Shown: in pieces, positions 27,693 through 37,400 of the stretch
Position numbering within the stretch: position 1 is the first letter of the stretch
Layout: each line of letters starts with the position of its first letter
From: Rhodoferax sp.
GTDB lineage: Bacteria; Pseudomonadota; Gammaproteobacteria; Burkholderiales; Burkholderiaceae_C
Direction of reading: 5' to 3'
Length of the DNA stretch: 64,000 bases
NCBI GenBank assembly: GCA_025351745.1
Contig: JANXVI010000160.1
Coordinates: forward strand, 8,890-72,889
Notes under the pieces: model-generated
What the model saw: the letters and a program-made list of their open reading frames with translations, nothing else
What the model was told of the DNA's origin: nothing
Database searches by the model: none
Program-made: the position numbers and the translations under genes

Positions 27693-28391
27693 TCAGGAAA
27701 CGGTGGTTGCGCCGTAACGCGCCAGGATGTTGGCAAAACCCTTGTTGGCCCGCTCGATGGAGCCGGGCTTCTTGAGGAAACGTGCTTCATAGTGCAGCGC
27801 CAAAATCAGACCGTGGATTTCGAAAGCCATTTGCTCTTCGTCGGCATCGTCACGCAAATGTCCGCAGGCCTTGGCCAGTACGATGGCGCGGTTCATGGCA
27901 CCGAGCCACGTTTGCACGGATGAGGCCAGGGCGTCCCGCACCGGGCCGGGGCGGTCGTCAAACTCGACGGCCCCGCTGATGAAAATGCAGCCCGACTGGA
28001 TTTCAACGGCGACGCGTTTCATCCAATTGGCAAACAAGGCCTTCACGCGCGGCAGTCCACGCTCCTCAGACAGCGCAGCGTAGAACACATCTTGTTCAAA
28101 CTGCGCAAAGTACTGGTGGATGACCGATATCTGCATCTCTTCACGCGAGCCAAAGTGCGCAAAAACGCCCGATTTGCTCATCTGAGTGGCATCGGCCAAC
28201 GCACCAATGCTCAGGCCTTCGAGGCCGATCTGGGTAGCAAGGCCCAGCGCCGCATCCACGATGGTCATCTTGGTTTGCTGACCTTTTTGCATGGCGCGGC
28301 CCGATGCCGACCTGCCGACTTCAGCGCCCGCACGCTTGGCGGCTGGGCTTGCTTTGCGGATCAGCTTGGCGGAGAGTGAAGCAATAGACAT
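27693..28391 (-). CDS. TetR-family regulator of the fatty-acid degradation cluster (FadP-like)
   Basis: HTH MSKSGVFAHFGSREE; heads the fad operon. Confidence 0.85.
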   Translation of the reverse strand: MSIASLSAKLIRKASPAAKRAGAEVGRSASGRAMQKGQQTKMTIVDAALGLATQIGLEGLSIGALADATQMSKSGVFAHFGSREEMQISVIHQYFAQFEQDVFYAALSEERGLPRVKALFANWMKRVAVEIQSGCIFISGAVEFDDRPGPVRDALASSVQTWLGAMNRAIVLAKACGHLRDDADEEQMAFEIHGLILALHYEARFLKKPGSIERANKGFANILARYGATTVS

Positions 28392-28409
28392 AAACGCACT
28401 GTACTACAA

Positions 28410-28429
28410 AATAGAACGATCGTGCTATT
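28410..28429. promoter_or_regulatory. Palindromic TetR (FadP-like) operator
   Basis: AATAGAACGATCGTGCTATT, near-perfect 20-bp palindrome about 18 bp upstream of the TetR start. Confidence 0.75.
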
Positions 28430-28500
28430 CTGCATGCATTACATCCCGCGTCTGGAGATTTTTTGTGGTCTAGAGCCAGTTTTCTAAACCCGCCATGGGT

Positions 28501-29235
28501 TTACCCCAGCAGTACGCGCAGGCTGGCGTCCAGGTTCTCCGACGGCAGGCGTTTATAACCGGAGCGCACAAAACGTTGCAAGCGCCCGCCGACAAAGGCC
28601 GCCAGTACGGAGGCGCGCACCTGCGCATCCACGGTGGGAGTGGCAGACGCATTAGACGCAGCGCCATCGCGCAGGCATTGCTTCAGAGTGGCTTCTATCT
28701 TGTCAAAGAACTGGTTCATGCGGGCCATCAGGCGTTCGTTCTCGAACACCAGTGCATCGCCGACCATGACGCGGGCCATGCCCGGATTTTTCTCGGCGAA
28801 CTGCAGCAGCATCGCAACCAGCCTGGCAACCTGGCGCTGACCCAGGTCACCCACGACGCCGTCGGCGGCAGCAGCCTGCTCGCGCTCCACAATCTGGTTG
28901 ACCAGCGAAAACACGCTTTGCTCAATGAACTCGATCAGGCCTTCAAACATTTGCGCCTTGCTGGCAAAGTGGCGGTACAACGCAGCCTCGCTAACGTCGA
29001 GCCGGGCGGCCAGCGCTGAGGTGGTGATGCGCTCGCCACTGGGTTGCTCCAGCATGCTGGCCAGGGCTTGCAAAATCTGCACGCGGCGTTCACCGGGTTT
29101 GGGGCGTTTGCGGGTCGTTGCCACCAGAGGCACCTCGGACGCCTGCTCCGACGGTGCGTGGTCTAGGGACTCATTGGACTGTTCGAGGGCGTCAGGCATG
29201 GTGCGCAAAGCGGTGGTTATAAATGATTCTCGCAT
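28501..29235 (-). CDS. slmA: Nucleoid occlusion factor SlmA (start may be 29199)
   Basis: RITTSALAARLDVSEAALYRHFASKAQMFEGLIEFIE. Confidence 0.88.
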   Translation of the reverse strand: MRESFITTALRTMPDALEQSNESLDHAPSEQASEVPLVATTRKRPKPGERRVQILQALASMLEQPSGERITTSALAARLDVSEAALYRHFASKAQMFEGLIEFIEQSVFSLVNQIVEREQAAAADGVVGDLGQRQVARLVAMLLQFAEKNPGMARVMVGDALVFENERLMARMNQFFDKIEATLKQCLRDGAASNASATPTVDAQVRASVLAAFVGGRLQRFVRSGYKRLPSENLDASLRVLLG

Positions 29236-29261
29236 AGGGAATGCAAGGGTTTTTGCCTAGT

Positions 29262-30713
29262 CTAAGTCGGTATCACCAACCGCATGCGCAAGCCCCGCCC
29301 GCCATGGCCTTCGAGCACCTGCAAATGGCTGTTGTGCACCCTGGCAATTTCCTCGGCAATGGCCAGGCCCAGGCCGCTGCCCTCACCTGCGGTGCCGGTC
29401 ACGCGGTAGAAACGCTCCAGCATGCGCGCGCGCTCGTGCACGGGTACGCCGGGGCCGTTGTCTTCGACTTCCAGAATCGGCTGCTCGTGTTGATCGGGTG
29501 TCGTGGAGATAGCGCACCGTATCGTGACGCTGCCGCCGCGCGGCGTGTAGCGGATGGCGTTGTCGACCAGGTTGCCCATCAGTTCGCGCAGCAGCCACTC
29601 GTGGCCGGTGGCGTGTACATCGAACGCCTCCAGCCCCAGGTCTATCTGTTTGGCGGTGGCGGCGTCCAGGTGGCTCTCCAACAACGTCTCGCACAACTGG
29701 CGCAAATCGACGCGCTGCATCGGCTGGGTGTTGGCGCTGCGCGCATCGGCGCGGGACAGGGCCAGCAGTTGGTTCGCCAACTGCGAGGTACGGCGCACGG
29801 CTTGGCGCAGCTTTAAAACCTGATTTGCTTCCAAAGTGATAGCAGAACTCTCAATATCGACGAAGGCTAGGTGGCTGTTTTCTCTATAGACATGGTCAGG
29901 ATGGGCTTGCGCGGCCGTGGAGCCCAAAGCTTGCGCCCACGCCTCGACCTGCGCCTGCAGGCCGGCCAGCGGCGTGCGCAACTGGTGCGCGGCATCGGCC
30001 ACAAAACGGCGCTGGCTCTCGGCCTGGGCGTTGACCAGGTCAAACAGGCGGTTCAGCGACTGCACCAGCGGACGCACCTCGTCGGGTGAGCCTTTGGCGT
30101 CCAGTGCCGACAGATCACTGGGTGAGCGCCGCTCCACTGCCGCTTTCAACTCGATCAGCGGGCGCAGCGCACGGCGCACGGCCCAGTTGACGGCGAAGAA
30201 GGCCGCCACCATCAACACCAGGTTGGGCAGCGCGACCTTGAACCACAACAAGCGCAACCATTGTTGGCGCGGGTCCGATCCATCGGCCAGCCGCAATACC
30301 AACTCACCGGCCACAGTGTTCATACGCTGGCTGACGATGCGGTAGGTCACGCCGTCAAACTCCTGGCTGGCAAACTCGGGATCGCCGGTGGCGGGCGGCA
30401 TGCCACTCAACCACGCGTCCCCCAACAAAACGCTGCCCTCGCGACCAACCAGCGCAAATGCCGACACTCCGCGGCGTTCGTTCAAAAAATCTTCCAGCCG
30501 GGGCGCGGTGAGCAGCACCGGGGGGTCTGCTTCTGTGGCTCCATGCGCCACCACTGAACCGGCTAGCAAGGGAACCAGGGCCAACAACTGCCGGTCTTGT
30601 TGCAACGCCGCGCCGTCGGCGGAGCGAAAATCAAACCAGGTGTTCAGGGCCGACAGCACAAACAGCGGCAACAACAGCAGCAGCAGCAAGCGCCGCTGAA
30701 GGCCCGATGCCAT
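29262..30713 (-). CDS. Sensor histidine kinase (TctE/QseC-like) with an in-frame repeat insertion
   Basis: Two TM helices, H-box AAHQLRTPL, NLVDNAIRY, GSGLGL. Confidence 0.88.
   Translation of the reverse strand: MASGLQRRLLLLLLLPLFVLSALNTWFDFRSADGAALQQDRQLLALVPLLAGSVVAHGATEADPPVLLTAPRLEDFLNERRGVSAFALVGREGSVLLGDAWLSGMPPATGDPEFASQEFDGVTYRIVSQRMNTVAGELVLRLADGSDPRQQWLRLLWFKVALPNLVLMVAAFFAVNWAVRRALRPLIELKAAVERRSPSDLSALDAKGSPDEVRPLVQSLNRLFDLVNAQAESQRRFVADAAHQLRTPLAGLQAQVEAWAQALGSTAAQAHPDHVYRENSHLAFVDIESSAITLEANQVLKLRQAVRRTSQLANQLLALSRADARSANTQPMQRVDLRQLCETLLESHLDAATAKQIDLGLEAFDVHATGHEWLLRELMGNLVDNAIRYTPRGGSVTIRCAISTTPDQHEQPILEVEDNGPGVPVHERARMLERFYRVTGTAGEGSGLGLAIAEEIARVHNSHLQVLEGHGGRGLRMRLVIPT
29825..29882 (+). 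repeat. R1 repeat copy inside the kinase CDS
   Basis: TTGCTTCCAAAGTGATAGC...CGACGAAGGCTAGGTGGCTGTTTT; read on the minus strand as ENSHLAFVDIESSAITLEA. Confidence 0.7.
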
Positions 30714-30744
30714 GCCTACTTGTGGGGACGGGGCCACCAAGGCG

Positions 30745-31485
30745 TCACGCCGCAGGGTCGACCGGTGCCACGCCCGCCTCAACCGACGGGTTCAACAACT
30801 CCAGCCGGTAACCAAAGCCGCGGATGGAGCGCAGCGCCAGCCCATGCGGTTCGAGCTTGCCGCGCAGGCGGGAGATATACACCTCCACCGCATTGGGCGT
30901 GATTTCCTTGTCCCAGCCGGTCAGGGCCTGCAGCAGCTTGTCTTTGTTGGCCGGCTTGGGGGCCTGCAGCATCAGGTATTCCATGACGGTCCACTCGCGC
31001 GGGCCCAGCTCGATCGGCACACAGGGTCCGGCTACGCCACCCGCTCCGGTTGGGCGAATGCAGGCCTGGCGCAGGGCGGTGTCCAGTTCCAGCGGGCCAA
31101 AGCTCAAGATGGCCGAGGTGGCCGCTTGCGAGCGGCGCAGCAGCGCCCGCAGGCGGGCCAGCAACTCGGGCAGCTCGAAGGGCTTGACCATGTAGTCGTC
31201 GCCGCCCACATCCAGCCCCTGCACGCGGTCTTGCAGCGCGTCACGCGCCGTCAGTATCAGCACCGGCATCGCGTGGCCGGCTTTGCGCAGGGTCTGGGTC
31301 AGCACCAGTCCGTCCATGCCGGGCAGGCCGATGTCGATGACGGCCAGATCGAAGGTCTCGGCGCGGGTGACCTCCAGCGCACGCTCGGCGCTGCCCACCC
31401 AATCGACCGCGTAACCCGCACCCGCGAGCCCCAACTTGATGCCGCTGGCCACCATCACATCGTCTTCTACCAACAAGAGTCGCAT
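30745..31485 (-). CDS. OmpR-family response regulator (TctD/QseB-like)
   Basis: LLVEDD, DIGLPGMDG, NAVEVYISRLR, IRGFGY. Confidence 0.9.
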   Translation of the reverse strand: MRLLLVEDDVMVASGIKLGLAGAGYAVDWVGSAERALEVTRAETFDLAVIDIGLPGMDGLVLTQTLRKAGHAMPVLILTARDALQDRVQGLDVGGDDYMVKPFELPELLARLRALLRRSQAATSAILSFGPLELDTALRQACIRPTGAGGVAGPCVPIELGPREWTVMEYLMLQAPKPANKDKLLQALTGWDKEITPNAVEVYISRLRGKLEPHGLALRSIRGFGYRLELLNPSVEAGVAPVDPAA

Positions 31486-31541
31486 GAAATTGGCCTCCAG
31501 CCCTCGTAGAATGGGCGTATGCAGCTATTAAAACAGTAGCA
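31486..31541 (-). repeat. R1 repeat copy abutting the response regulator start
   Basis: Minus strand GCTACTGTTTTAATAGC...CTACGAGGGCTGGAGGCCAATTTC-ATG. Confidence 0.78.
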
Positions 31542-31575
31542 TCACCCTGCTGGGCAAGGTTGAGGCCGCTGCTGC

Positions 31576-32466
31576 TCAGTGTGACCGGATCATCGTGCCG
31601 TAGGCCTGGTCCGTCAAAATTTCCAGCAGCAACACATGGGGCACGCGGCCGTCGATGATGTGCACCGCGTTGACGCCGCTCTTGGCCGCATCCAGCGCAC
31701 CGGCGATCTTGGGCAGCATGCCGCCGCTGATGGTGCCATCGGCGAACAGCTCATCAATACGCCGCGCCGTCAGGTCGGTCAGCAACTGCCCGGACTTGTC
31801 CAGAACGCCACTGATATTGGTCAGCATCAACAGCTTCTCGGCCTTGAGCACGGTGGCCAGCTTGGCGGCGACCACGTCGGCGTTGATGTTGTAGCTCTCG
31901 TTGTTCTCGCCAAAGCCGATGGGGCTGATGACGGGGATGAAGGCGTCGTCCTGTAGGGCCTTGACCACGCTGGGGTCGACGCTGACGATGTCGCCGACCT
32001 GGCCTACATCGTGCTCCACGCTGGGGTCGGCGTTGTCCAGCATCTTGAGCTTTTGTGCACGGATCATGGCGCCGTCGCGCCCGGTCAGGCCCACGGCTTT
32101 GCCGCCGGCCTGGTTGATCAGGCCGACGATGTCTTGCTGCACCTCGCCGCCCAGCACCCACTCCACCACTTCCATGGTTTCGGCATCGGTCACGCGCATG
32201 CCCTGGATGAACTCGCCCTTCTTGCCCAGGCGCTTGAGCGCGTTCTCGATCTGCGGGCCGCCGCCGTGCACGACCACCGGGTTGATGCCTACCAGCTTGA
32301 GCAGCACCACGTCTTCGGCAAAGTCGGCCTGCAAGGCGGGGTCGGTCATGGCGTTGCCGCCGTATTTGATGACCATGGTCTTGCCGTGGAACTTGCGGAT
32401 GTAGGGCAAGGCCTGGGCCAGGATTTCGGCTTTGTCGCGGGGGGCAATGTGGGCGGTGTCAGACAT
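31576..32466 (-). CDS. argB: Acetylglutamate kinase
   Basis: [28 protein letters not shown]. Confidence 0.96.
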   Translation of the reverse strand: MSDTAHIAPRDKAEILAQALPYIRKFHGKTMVIKYGGNAMTDPALQADFAEDVVLLKLVGINPVVVHGGGPQIENALKRLGKKGEFIQGMRVTDAETMEVVEWVLGGEVQQDIVGLINQAGGKAVGLTGRDGAMIRAQKLKMLDNADPSVEHDVGQVGDIVSVDPSVVKALQDDAFIPVISPIGFGENNESYNINADVVAAKLATVLKAEKLLMLTNISGVLDKSGQLLTDLTARRIDELFADGTISGGMLPKIAGALDAAKSGVNAVHIIDGRVPHVLLLEILTDQAYGTMIRSH

Positions 32467-32592
32467 GGTGTGTGCGGGTGGAGCGAGGGCGCTCGTTGGG
32501 TTTGCTGGAAGTGACAGGATTGTGCCGCATCACGGGCCCCGCCGGGGCGCGTCGACAGCCATCCGTCAGCCCTCGGCACGACAATGGTGCGC

Positions 32593-33489
32593 ATGAACCC
32601 TGGAATTGCCTACGCCCTGTCTGCCTACATGATCTGGGGCTTGTTTCCGCTGTACTTCCGTCAGTTGACCGACGTACCCGCGCTGGAGGTTGTGATGCAC
32701 CGCACCGTGTGGTCGCTGCTGTTTGTGATGCTGGTGCTGCTGTTTCTCAAACGCTGGGCGTGGATAGGCAACGTGGCCCGCCAGCCCAAGGTGTTGGGTG
32801 CGTTTGCACTCTCGGCCTTGCTGCTGTCGAGCAACTGGCTCATTTATGTCTGGGCGGTGCAAAACCAGCATCTGCTGGACGCCAGCCTGGGCTATTTCAT
32901 CATGCCGCTGGTAAACGTCACGATGGCCTTCGCGTTCCTGGGTGAGCGGCCGCGCCGCGGGCAATGGATGGCGGTCGGCTTGGCAGCGCTGGGCGTGGCC
33001 TGGCTGACCTACCAGACCGGGCGCCTGCCCTGGGTGGCGTTGGTGCTGGCGCTGACGTTTGGCTTCTACGGCCTGCTGCGCAAGGTGGCGGTGCTGGGCG
33101 CGCTGGAGGGCTTGACGTTAGAGACCATGCTGCTGGCGCCGATTGCTGCGGCCTACTTGGCGTATGGTGTGTGGCACGGCAACAGCGCGCTGCTGCAAGG
33201 GCCAACGCCGACCCTGGCCTGGCTGGCCTTTGGCGGCCCGCTGACCGCTATCCCATTGCTGCTGTTTGCGGCCGGGGCACGCCGCATACCCATGACCACG
33301 CTGGGCATCTTGCAGTACGTGTCGCCCAGCATTTTGTTCTTGCTCAGCGTGGTGGTTTTCAAGGAGCCGCTGCAGTTGCCACGGCTAGTTGGCTTCGCGA
33401 TGATTTGGGGGGCATTGGTGGTGTACAGCCTGGAAGGTCTGCTCAACCACCGGCGGGCGCGGCTGCTGCAGGTAGGTCGCGCGGCCTGA
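32593..33489 (+). CDS. rarD: EamA-family transporter RarD
   Basis: WGLFPLYF, ASLGYFI, FGFYGLLRK, LGILQY. Confidence 0.9.
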   Translation: MNPGIAYALSAYMIWGLFPLYFRQLTDVPALEVVMHRTVWSLLFVMLVLLFLKRWAWIGNVARQPKVLGAFALSALLLSSNWLIYVWAVQNQHLLDASLGYFIMPLVNVTMAFAFLGERPRRGQWMAVGLAALGVAWLTYQTGRLPWVALVLALTFGFYGLLRKVAVLGALEGLTLETMLLAPIAAAYLAYGVWHGNSALLQGPTPTLAWLAFGGPLTAIPLLLFAAGARRIPMTTLGILQYVSPSILFLLSVVVFKEPLQLPRLVGFAMIWGALVVYSLEGLLNHRRARLLQVGRAA

Positions 33490-33529
33490 ACGGCTTGAGA
33501 TTTCAGAGCTTATCAGCAACAGGGTTTAA

Positions 33530-33586
33530 ACAAACCAGCCGCTAGCCCTCGTGGAATATAAGCAACCCGCTATCACTACGATAGCG
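33530..33586 (-). repeat. R1 repeat copy
   Basis: CAGCCGCTAGCCCTCGTGG...CGCTATCACTACGATAGCG. Confidence 0.8.
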
Positions 33587-33794
33587 TTTGCTACACCGCT
33601 TCGAAAGCTATCCGCTCCGTCACCGCGACAGTCTGTTTTCGTGTGCGACCCGCATGGGGCCTATGGGTGCGAGAACCGCTGCAAAGTAACCCAGACGGAC
33701 TGGCGTTAGCAGGCTTCTACGGTAGACCCGATGCCACCCCAGCAAATGCATGCGCGCATGTTCAGGAACAGGATGAACGCGCATGCCTTGTGCC

Positions 33795-34319
33795 CTATTT
33801 GTTCCAAATGTGAGGGCCTTGGGTGGTGTTGTTGTTCTCGTTGCTTTCTTGGACCTGATTCTTGACGTCGACCGATACGCTGAACGAGTACCCTCCTTGC
33901 CCCCAAGAGCCCGCTGGCGAAGCACCCGGAAAGTCGCCGAGCCCGAACCACTTGGTTTCACCGACATTGACCGCCGGGACATTCAGCGTGGCGTTGCTGG
34001 ATTCGACCATCGGGTCGTTGCTATTGTTCATCGGGCATGGGCCCAAAGCCGGTGTCTGCTTTTGGCAATGCACGTACAGCACCGATGGCGTCGACGCCAC
34101 CTTGCCAATATTTTTAACACCAAACTGCGGCGCGGCGCCTGCAGTCGAAATGACCGGTATCAAATCAGGCAGTTGCGCCAATTGGGCAATGCCCGCCACC
34201 GAAGCGGGATTGACTTGCGTTTGCGAGGACTTCGGTGGCACCACGTTGCTGGCAAACGCGGCACTGCAAGCCAATGCCAGGATGGCGGTAGTTGCTGTCT
34301 GTGTGATTGAATTTTTCAT
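33795..34319 (-). CDS. Secreted protein with a CARDB-like Ig domain
   Basis: Signal peptide (AAFA), LPDL, VKNIG and C-terminal VDVKNQVQESNENNN typical of CARDB. Confidence 0.7.
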   Translation of the reverse strand: MKNSITQTATTAILALACSAAFASNVVPPKSSQTQVNPASVAGIAQLAQLPDLIPVISTAGAAPQFGVKNIGKVASTPSVLYVHCQKQTPALGPCPMNNSNDPMVESSNATLNVPAVNVGETKWFGLGDFPGASPAGSWGQGGYSFSVSVDVKNQVQESNENNNTTQGPHIWNK

Positions 34320-34897
34320 ATTCGTCCTTGGGTTAGTGAGTGGTTTAACTGGGTGCAAAAGTCAACGTAACTGTGCGCGCAATGTTGAGTCGCGGGCGTG
34401 GGTGTGTTGCAAAGAGCGATGGACGCCATCCGCACCGTTCGCAAAAAGCACCAGGGGTCCGCCCACCGTTATCGAAACAATTCGCCTTACTTTCACCTTG
34501 GTAGCGCTGGCCGCCGCCAGAGCGCCCATCACCAATTGAGTCTTGAAGTTTTTGCTGATCATCGTCTAATTTCCGTTGTCTCGTTTATGAGAAGGTTTGT
34601 TAGGTCGATTTGTCTCACACACACCCCTTGTGTCGTGTACTGCTATTGATCCAGTTCAAAAAATATTTCTCCGCCGGTGTTGGCTCGACCCATTGATCGA
34701 TCCAAGATGCGTGCCAAAGAAAATGTTGAACAAAATCAATGGTCAAGGCTTTTTGCAAGGCGGTGCAATGTCGGCATTGGCAGACAGTTTTTGATTCATC
34801 AGCAAGGAAGGCATTGAAATCAACGACTTGCGTTGTCGCTGCCCGCCGACACATCCGCCAAGTCGCAGTGGGTGGGCTCAGCGCCCGCTAAATATGC

Positions 34898-34955
34898 AAT
34901 ACCAGCCGCAAGCCCTCGTGAAATATGCTTACACAGCTATAATTACGATAGCAAT
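34898..34955 (-). repeat. R1 repeat copy
   Basis: CAGCCGCAAGCCCTCGTG...GCTATAATTACGATAGCAA immediately after the lysA stop. Confidence 0.8.
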
Positions 34956-34957
34956 CT

Positions 34958-36235
34958 CTACACCGCTTCCAGCGCAATCAACTCCGCCACCGTCTGCTTG
35001 CGGCGTATCAGTCGGGCCTGGCCCGTGCTTTCCACCAACACTTCAGGAATCAGCGGCCGGGTGTTGTAGTTGGAGGACATGGACGCGCCATAGGCACCCG
35101 TGTCGTGGATCACCAGCAGGTCGTCGACCCGAGCCACCGGCAGGTCGCGCCGCAACACCACACCGCCCTCGCCCTGCGTGAACACATCGCCCGACTCGCA
35201 CAGCGGCCCGGCCACGACGGTGGGCTGCACGGCGCCAGTGGCGGGCGTGCCGTCGGCGTGGATGATCTCCATGCCGTGGTAGCTGCCATACATCGACGGG
35301 CGCATCAGGTCGCTAAACCCCGCGTCCACCATCACAAAATGCTGGCTGCCCTGGGTCTTGGTGGCACGCACCTCGGCCACCAGCACGCCGGATTCGGCGA
35401 CCAGGTAACGCCCTGGCTCCAGCTCCAGCGCCACGGCATGGCCCAGGTCCTGCGCGATCTGCTGGCGGGCTGCGTCCCACAGCGAGTAGTAATGTGCAGT
35501 GTCGATCGGCAATTCATCCGCGCCATAGGGAACGGACAGGCCACCACCGGCCGACACGGCGTGCAGGTCCATACCTTCTGCCTTGACCGTACGCACCAGG
35601 TCGACCATGGCACCACACACCTCTTGCAAATGCACATAGTCGACGCCCGAGCCAATGTGCATATGCAAGCCCTGCAACGCCAGCCCATTGCTGCGCACCT
35701 TGGCCAGCGCAGCCACCAGATCGCCATGCCAGATGCCGTGCTTGCTGTGCTCACCGCCGGTATTGGTCTTGTTGCTGTGCCCGTGGCCAAAGCCGGGATT
35801 GATGCGCAGCCACACCGGGTGGCCTTTGCTTACTGCGCCTAACTGGTCCAGCATGTCGATAGAGCCGCAGTTGACCGGAATGCCCAACTCCACCAGACGC
35901 GGCAGCGTGGTGCGGTCCAGCAGGTCAGCGGTGAAGACGATTTCGGCGTGACCGTTGTGCTGACCGGGCGTGTAGTCTGCCGAAAACCCTGGGGAATAGC
36001 CTGCGGCAATGGCTCGCTCCACTTCGCCTAACGACACCGCATCCACCATCACCCCCTGGCTTTTCAGCAGGCGCAGGATGTGGATGTTGGAGTTGGCCTT
36101 TTGTGCAAAACGCACTACGTCAAACTGGCACAGTGCCTGGGCGCGAGCGGCAATGGTGGCGGCGTCATACACCCACAGCGGTGTGCCATGTTGCTGGGCC
36201 AGGGATGCGAGGGTGGTAGGGGTAAAGGGGTTCAC
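34958..36235 (-). CDS. lysA: Diaminopimelate decarboxylase
   Basis: FAQKAN (PLP Lys), SKHGI, HMHIGSG, LEPGR, GPLCESGD, SNYN. Confidence 0.95.
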   Translation of the reverse strand: MNPFTPTTLASLAQQHGTPLWVYDAATIAARAQALCQFDVVRFAQKANSNIHILRLLKSQGVMVDAVSLGEVERAIAAGYSPGFSADYTPGQHNGHAEIVFTADLLDRTTLPRLVELGIPVNCGSIDMLDQLGAVSKGHPVWLRINPGFGHGHSNKTNTGGEHSKHGIWHGDLVAALAKVRSNGLALQGLHMHIGSGVDYVHLQEVCGAMVDLVRTVKAEGMDLHAVSAGGGLSVPYGADELPIDTAHYYSLWDAARQQIAQDLGHAVALELEPGRYLVAESGVLVAEVRATKTQGSQHFVMVDAGFSDLMRPSMYGSYHGMEIIHADGTPATGAVQPTVVAGPLCESGDVFTQGEGGVVLRRDLPVARVDDLLVIHDTGAYGASMSSNYNTRPLIPEVLVESTGQARLIRRKQTVAELIALEAV

Positions 36236-36316
36236 GGAGGCAATGATCCCAGCCCCGGACTATTCAATCAATGCCAATTTTGTTGAACAACTATTCAACG
36301 TTGATATAGTAAACGA

Positions 36317-37390
36317 ATGACCCGCACACCCAAACCGCCCGCAAATCCCTCAGGAGCCTTGGCGTCACCGCGTTTTGCGCAGGTAAAGGAGGAGCCCGCA
36401 CAGCGGGCGGGGGACACGGAGCAAAACACGGTGGCGTCAAGGCTCCGAGCGCGCACCGAGCAAGCCCCCTCACTAACCCACCGCCAGCTAACCCAATTCA
36501 GAGCCATCATGCTGCACGGCAACCTGAGCCGCGCCGCAGACGTGACCCATTCCAGCCAGCCAACTTTGAGTCGGGAACTGGCAAGACTGGAATACGTACT
36601 GGGCTTCGCCCTGTTCGACCGCGTGCGCGGCCGCCTGCGCCCCACGGCCCGCGCCCTGGCGCTGATGCAGGAAGTGGAACGTTCCTTCATCGGCCTGGAA
36701 CAGATTGCAGCCCGCGCGCAAGAGCTGCGCACGTTGTCCACGGGACGCGTGCGCCTGGCCTGCCTGCCCGCGTTGGCCCATGCATTGGTGCCGCAGGCGC
36801 TGTTGCACTTCAGCAAGGTCTTGCCCGAAGCCAACGTCAGCGTGGTGCCATTGGAATCACCCTGGTTGGAGCAGGCCTTAAGCGAGCAGCGCTTTGATAT
36901 GGGCCTGGGCGAAACCACCGAGGCGCCCACGGGTGTGGAACTGCGCCCACTGCTGACCGCCAACGAAGTAGCCGTACTGCCTGCGGGCCACCGCCTGTGT
37001 AAACACGAACTGCTGCAGCCCCAGGACTTTACCGACGAGCGCTTTGTCAGCCTGGCTGAAGGCGACGTCTATCGCCAGGCCATCGACGCGATGTTTCTCA
37101 AGGCCGGTGTACGGCGCGCAACCATGCTGGAGACCACCAGCGCGGTAGCCGTGTGCGCCATGGTGCAGCAAGGCCTGGGCGTGGCCATCGTCAACCCGCT
37201 GACCGCGGCCGCCATGGCTGGCTCGCAACTGGTTGTGCGGCCGCTGATCATGGCTATCCCCTTCAGCGTGAGCCTGCTACTGCCGCAAGTGGCCACCCCG
37301 CACCCGTTGCGGGATGCGCTGGTGGACGCCATCACCCAAAGCGCGGCCCGGGCTATCATTGGAGCGACGCTTCCCGCACACCGGCTTTGA
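36317..37390 (+). CDS. lysR: LysR-family regulator divergent from lysA
   Basis: HTH SQPTLSRELARLE, LFDRVRGRLRPT; about 50 extra N-terminal residues (alternative start GTG 36431). Confidence 0.82.
   Translation: MTRTPKPPANPSGALASPRFAQVKEEPAQRAGDTEQNTVASRLRARTEQAPSLTHRQLTQFRAIMLHGNLSRAADVTHSSQPTLSRELARLEYVLGFALFDRVRGRLRPTARALALMQEVERSFIGLEQIAARAQELRTLSTGRVRLACLPALAHALVPQALLHFSKVLPEANVSVVPLESPWLEQALSEQRFDMGLGETTEAPTGVELRPLLTANEVAVLPAGHRLCKHELLQPQDFTDERFVSLAEGDVYRQAIDAMFLKAGVRRATMLETTSAVAVCAMVQQGLGVAIVNPLTAAAMAGSQLVVRPLIMAIPFSVSLLLPQVATPHPLRDALVDAITQSAARAIIGATLPAHRL
36353..36446. repeat. 94-nt palindromic element at the lysR 5' end
   Basis: 26-bp arms GGAGCCTTGGCGTCACCGCGTTTTGC / GCAAAACACGGTGGCGTCAAGGCTCC; inner GCCCGC-ACA-GCGGGC. 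Confidence 0.75.
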
Positions 37391-37400
37391 CACCTTTCCT

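Noticed and set aside
28420-28485. TCTAGAGCCAGTTTT as another R1 copy
   Set aside because: Only the tail matches; the hairpin and CGAGGGCT core are absent.
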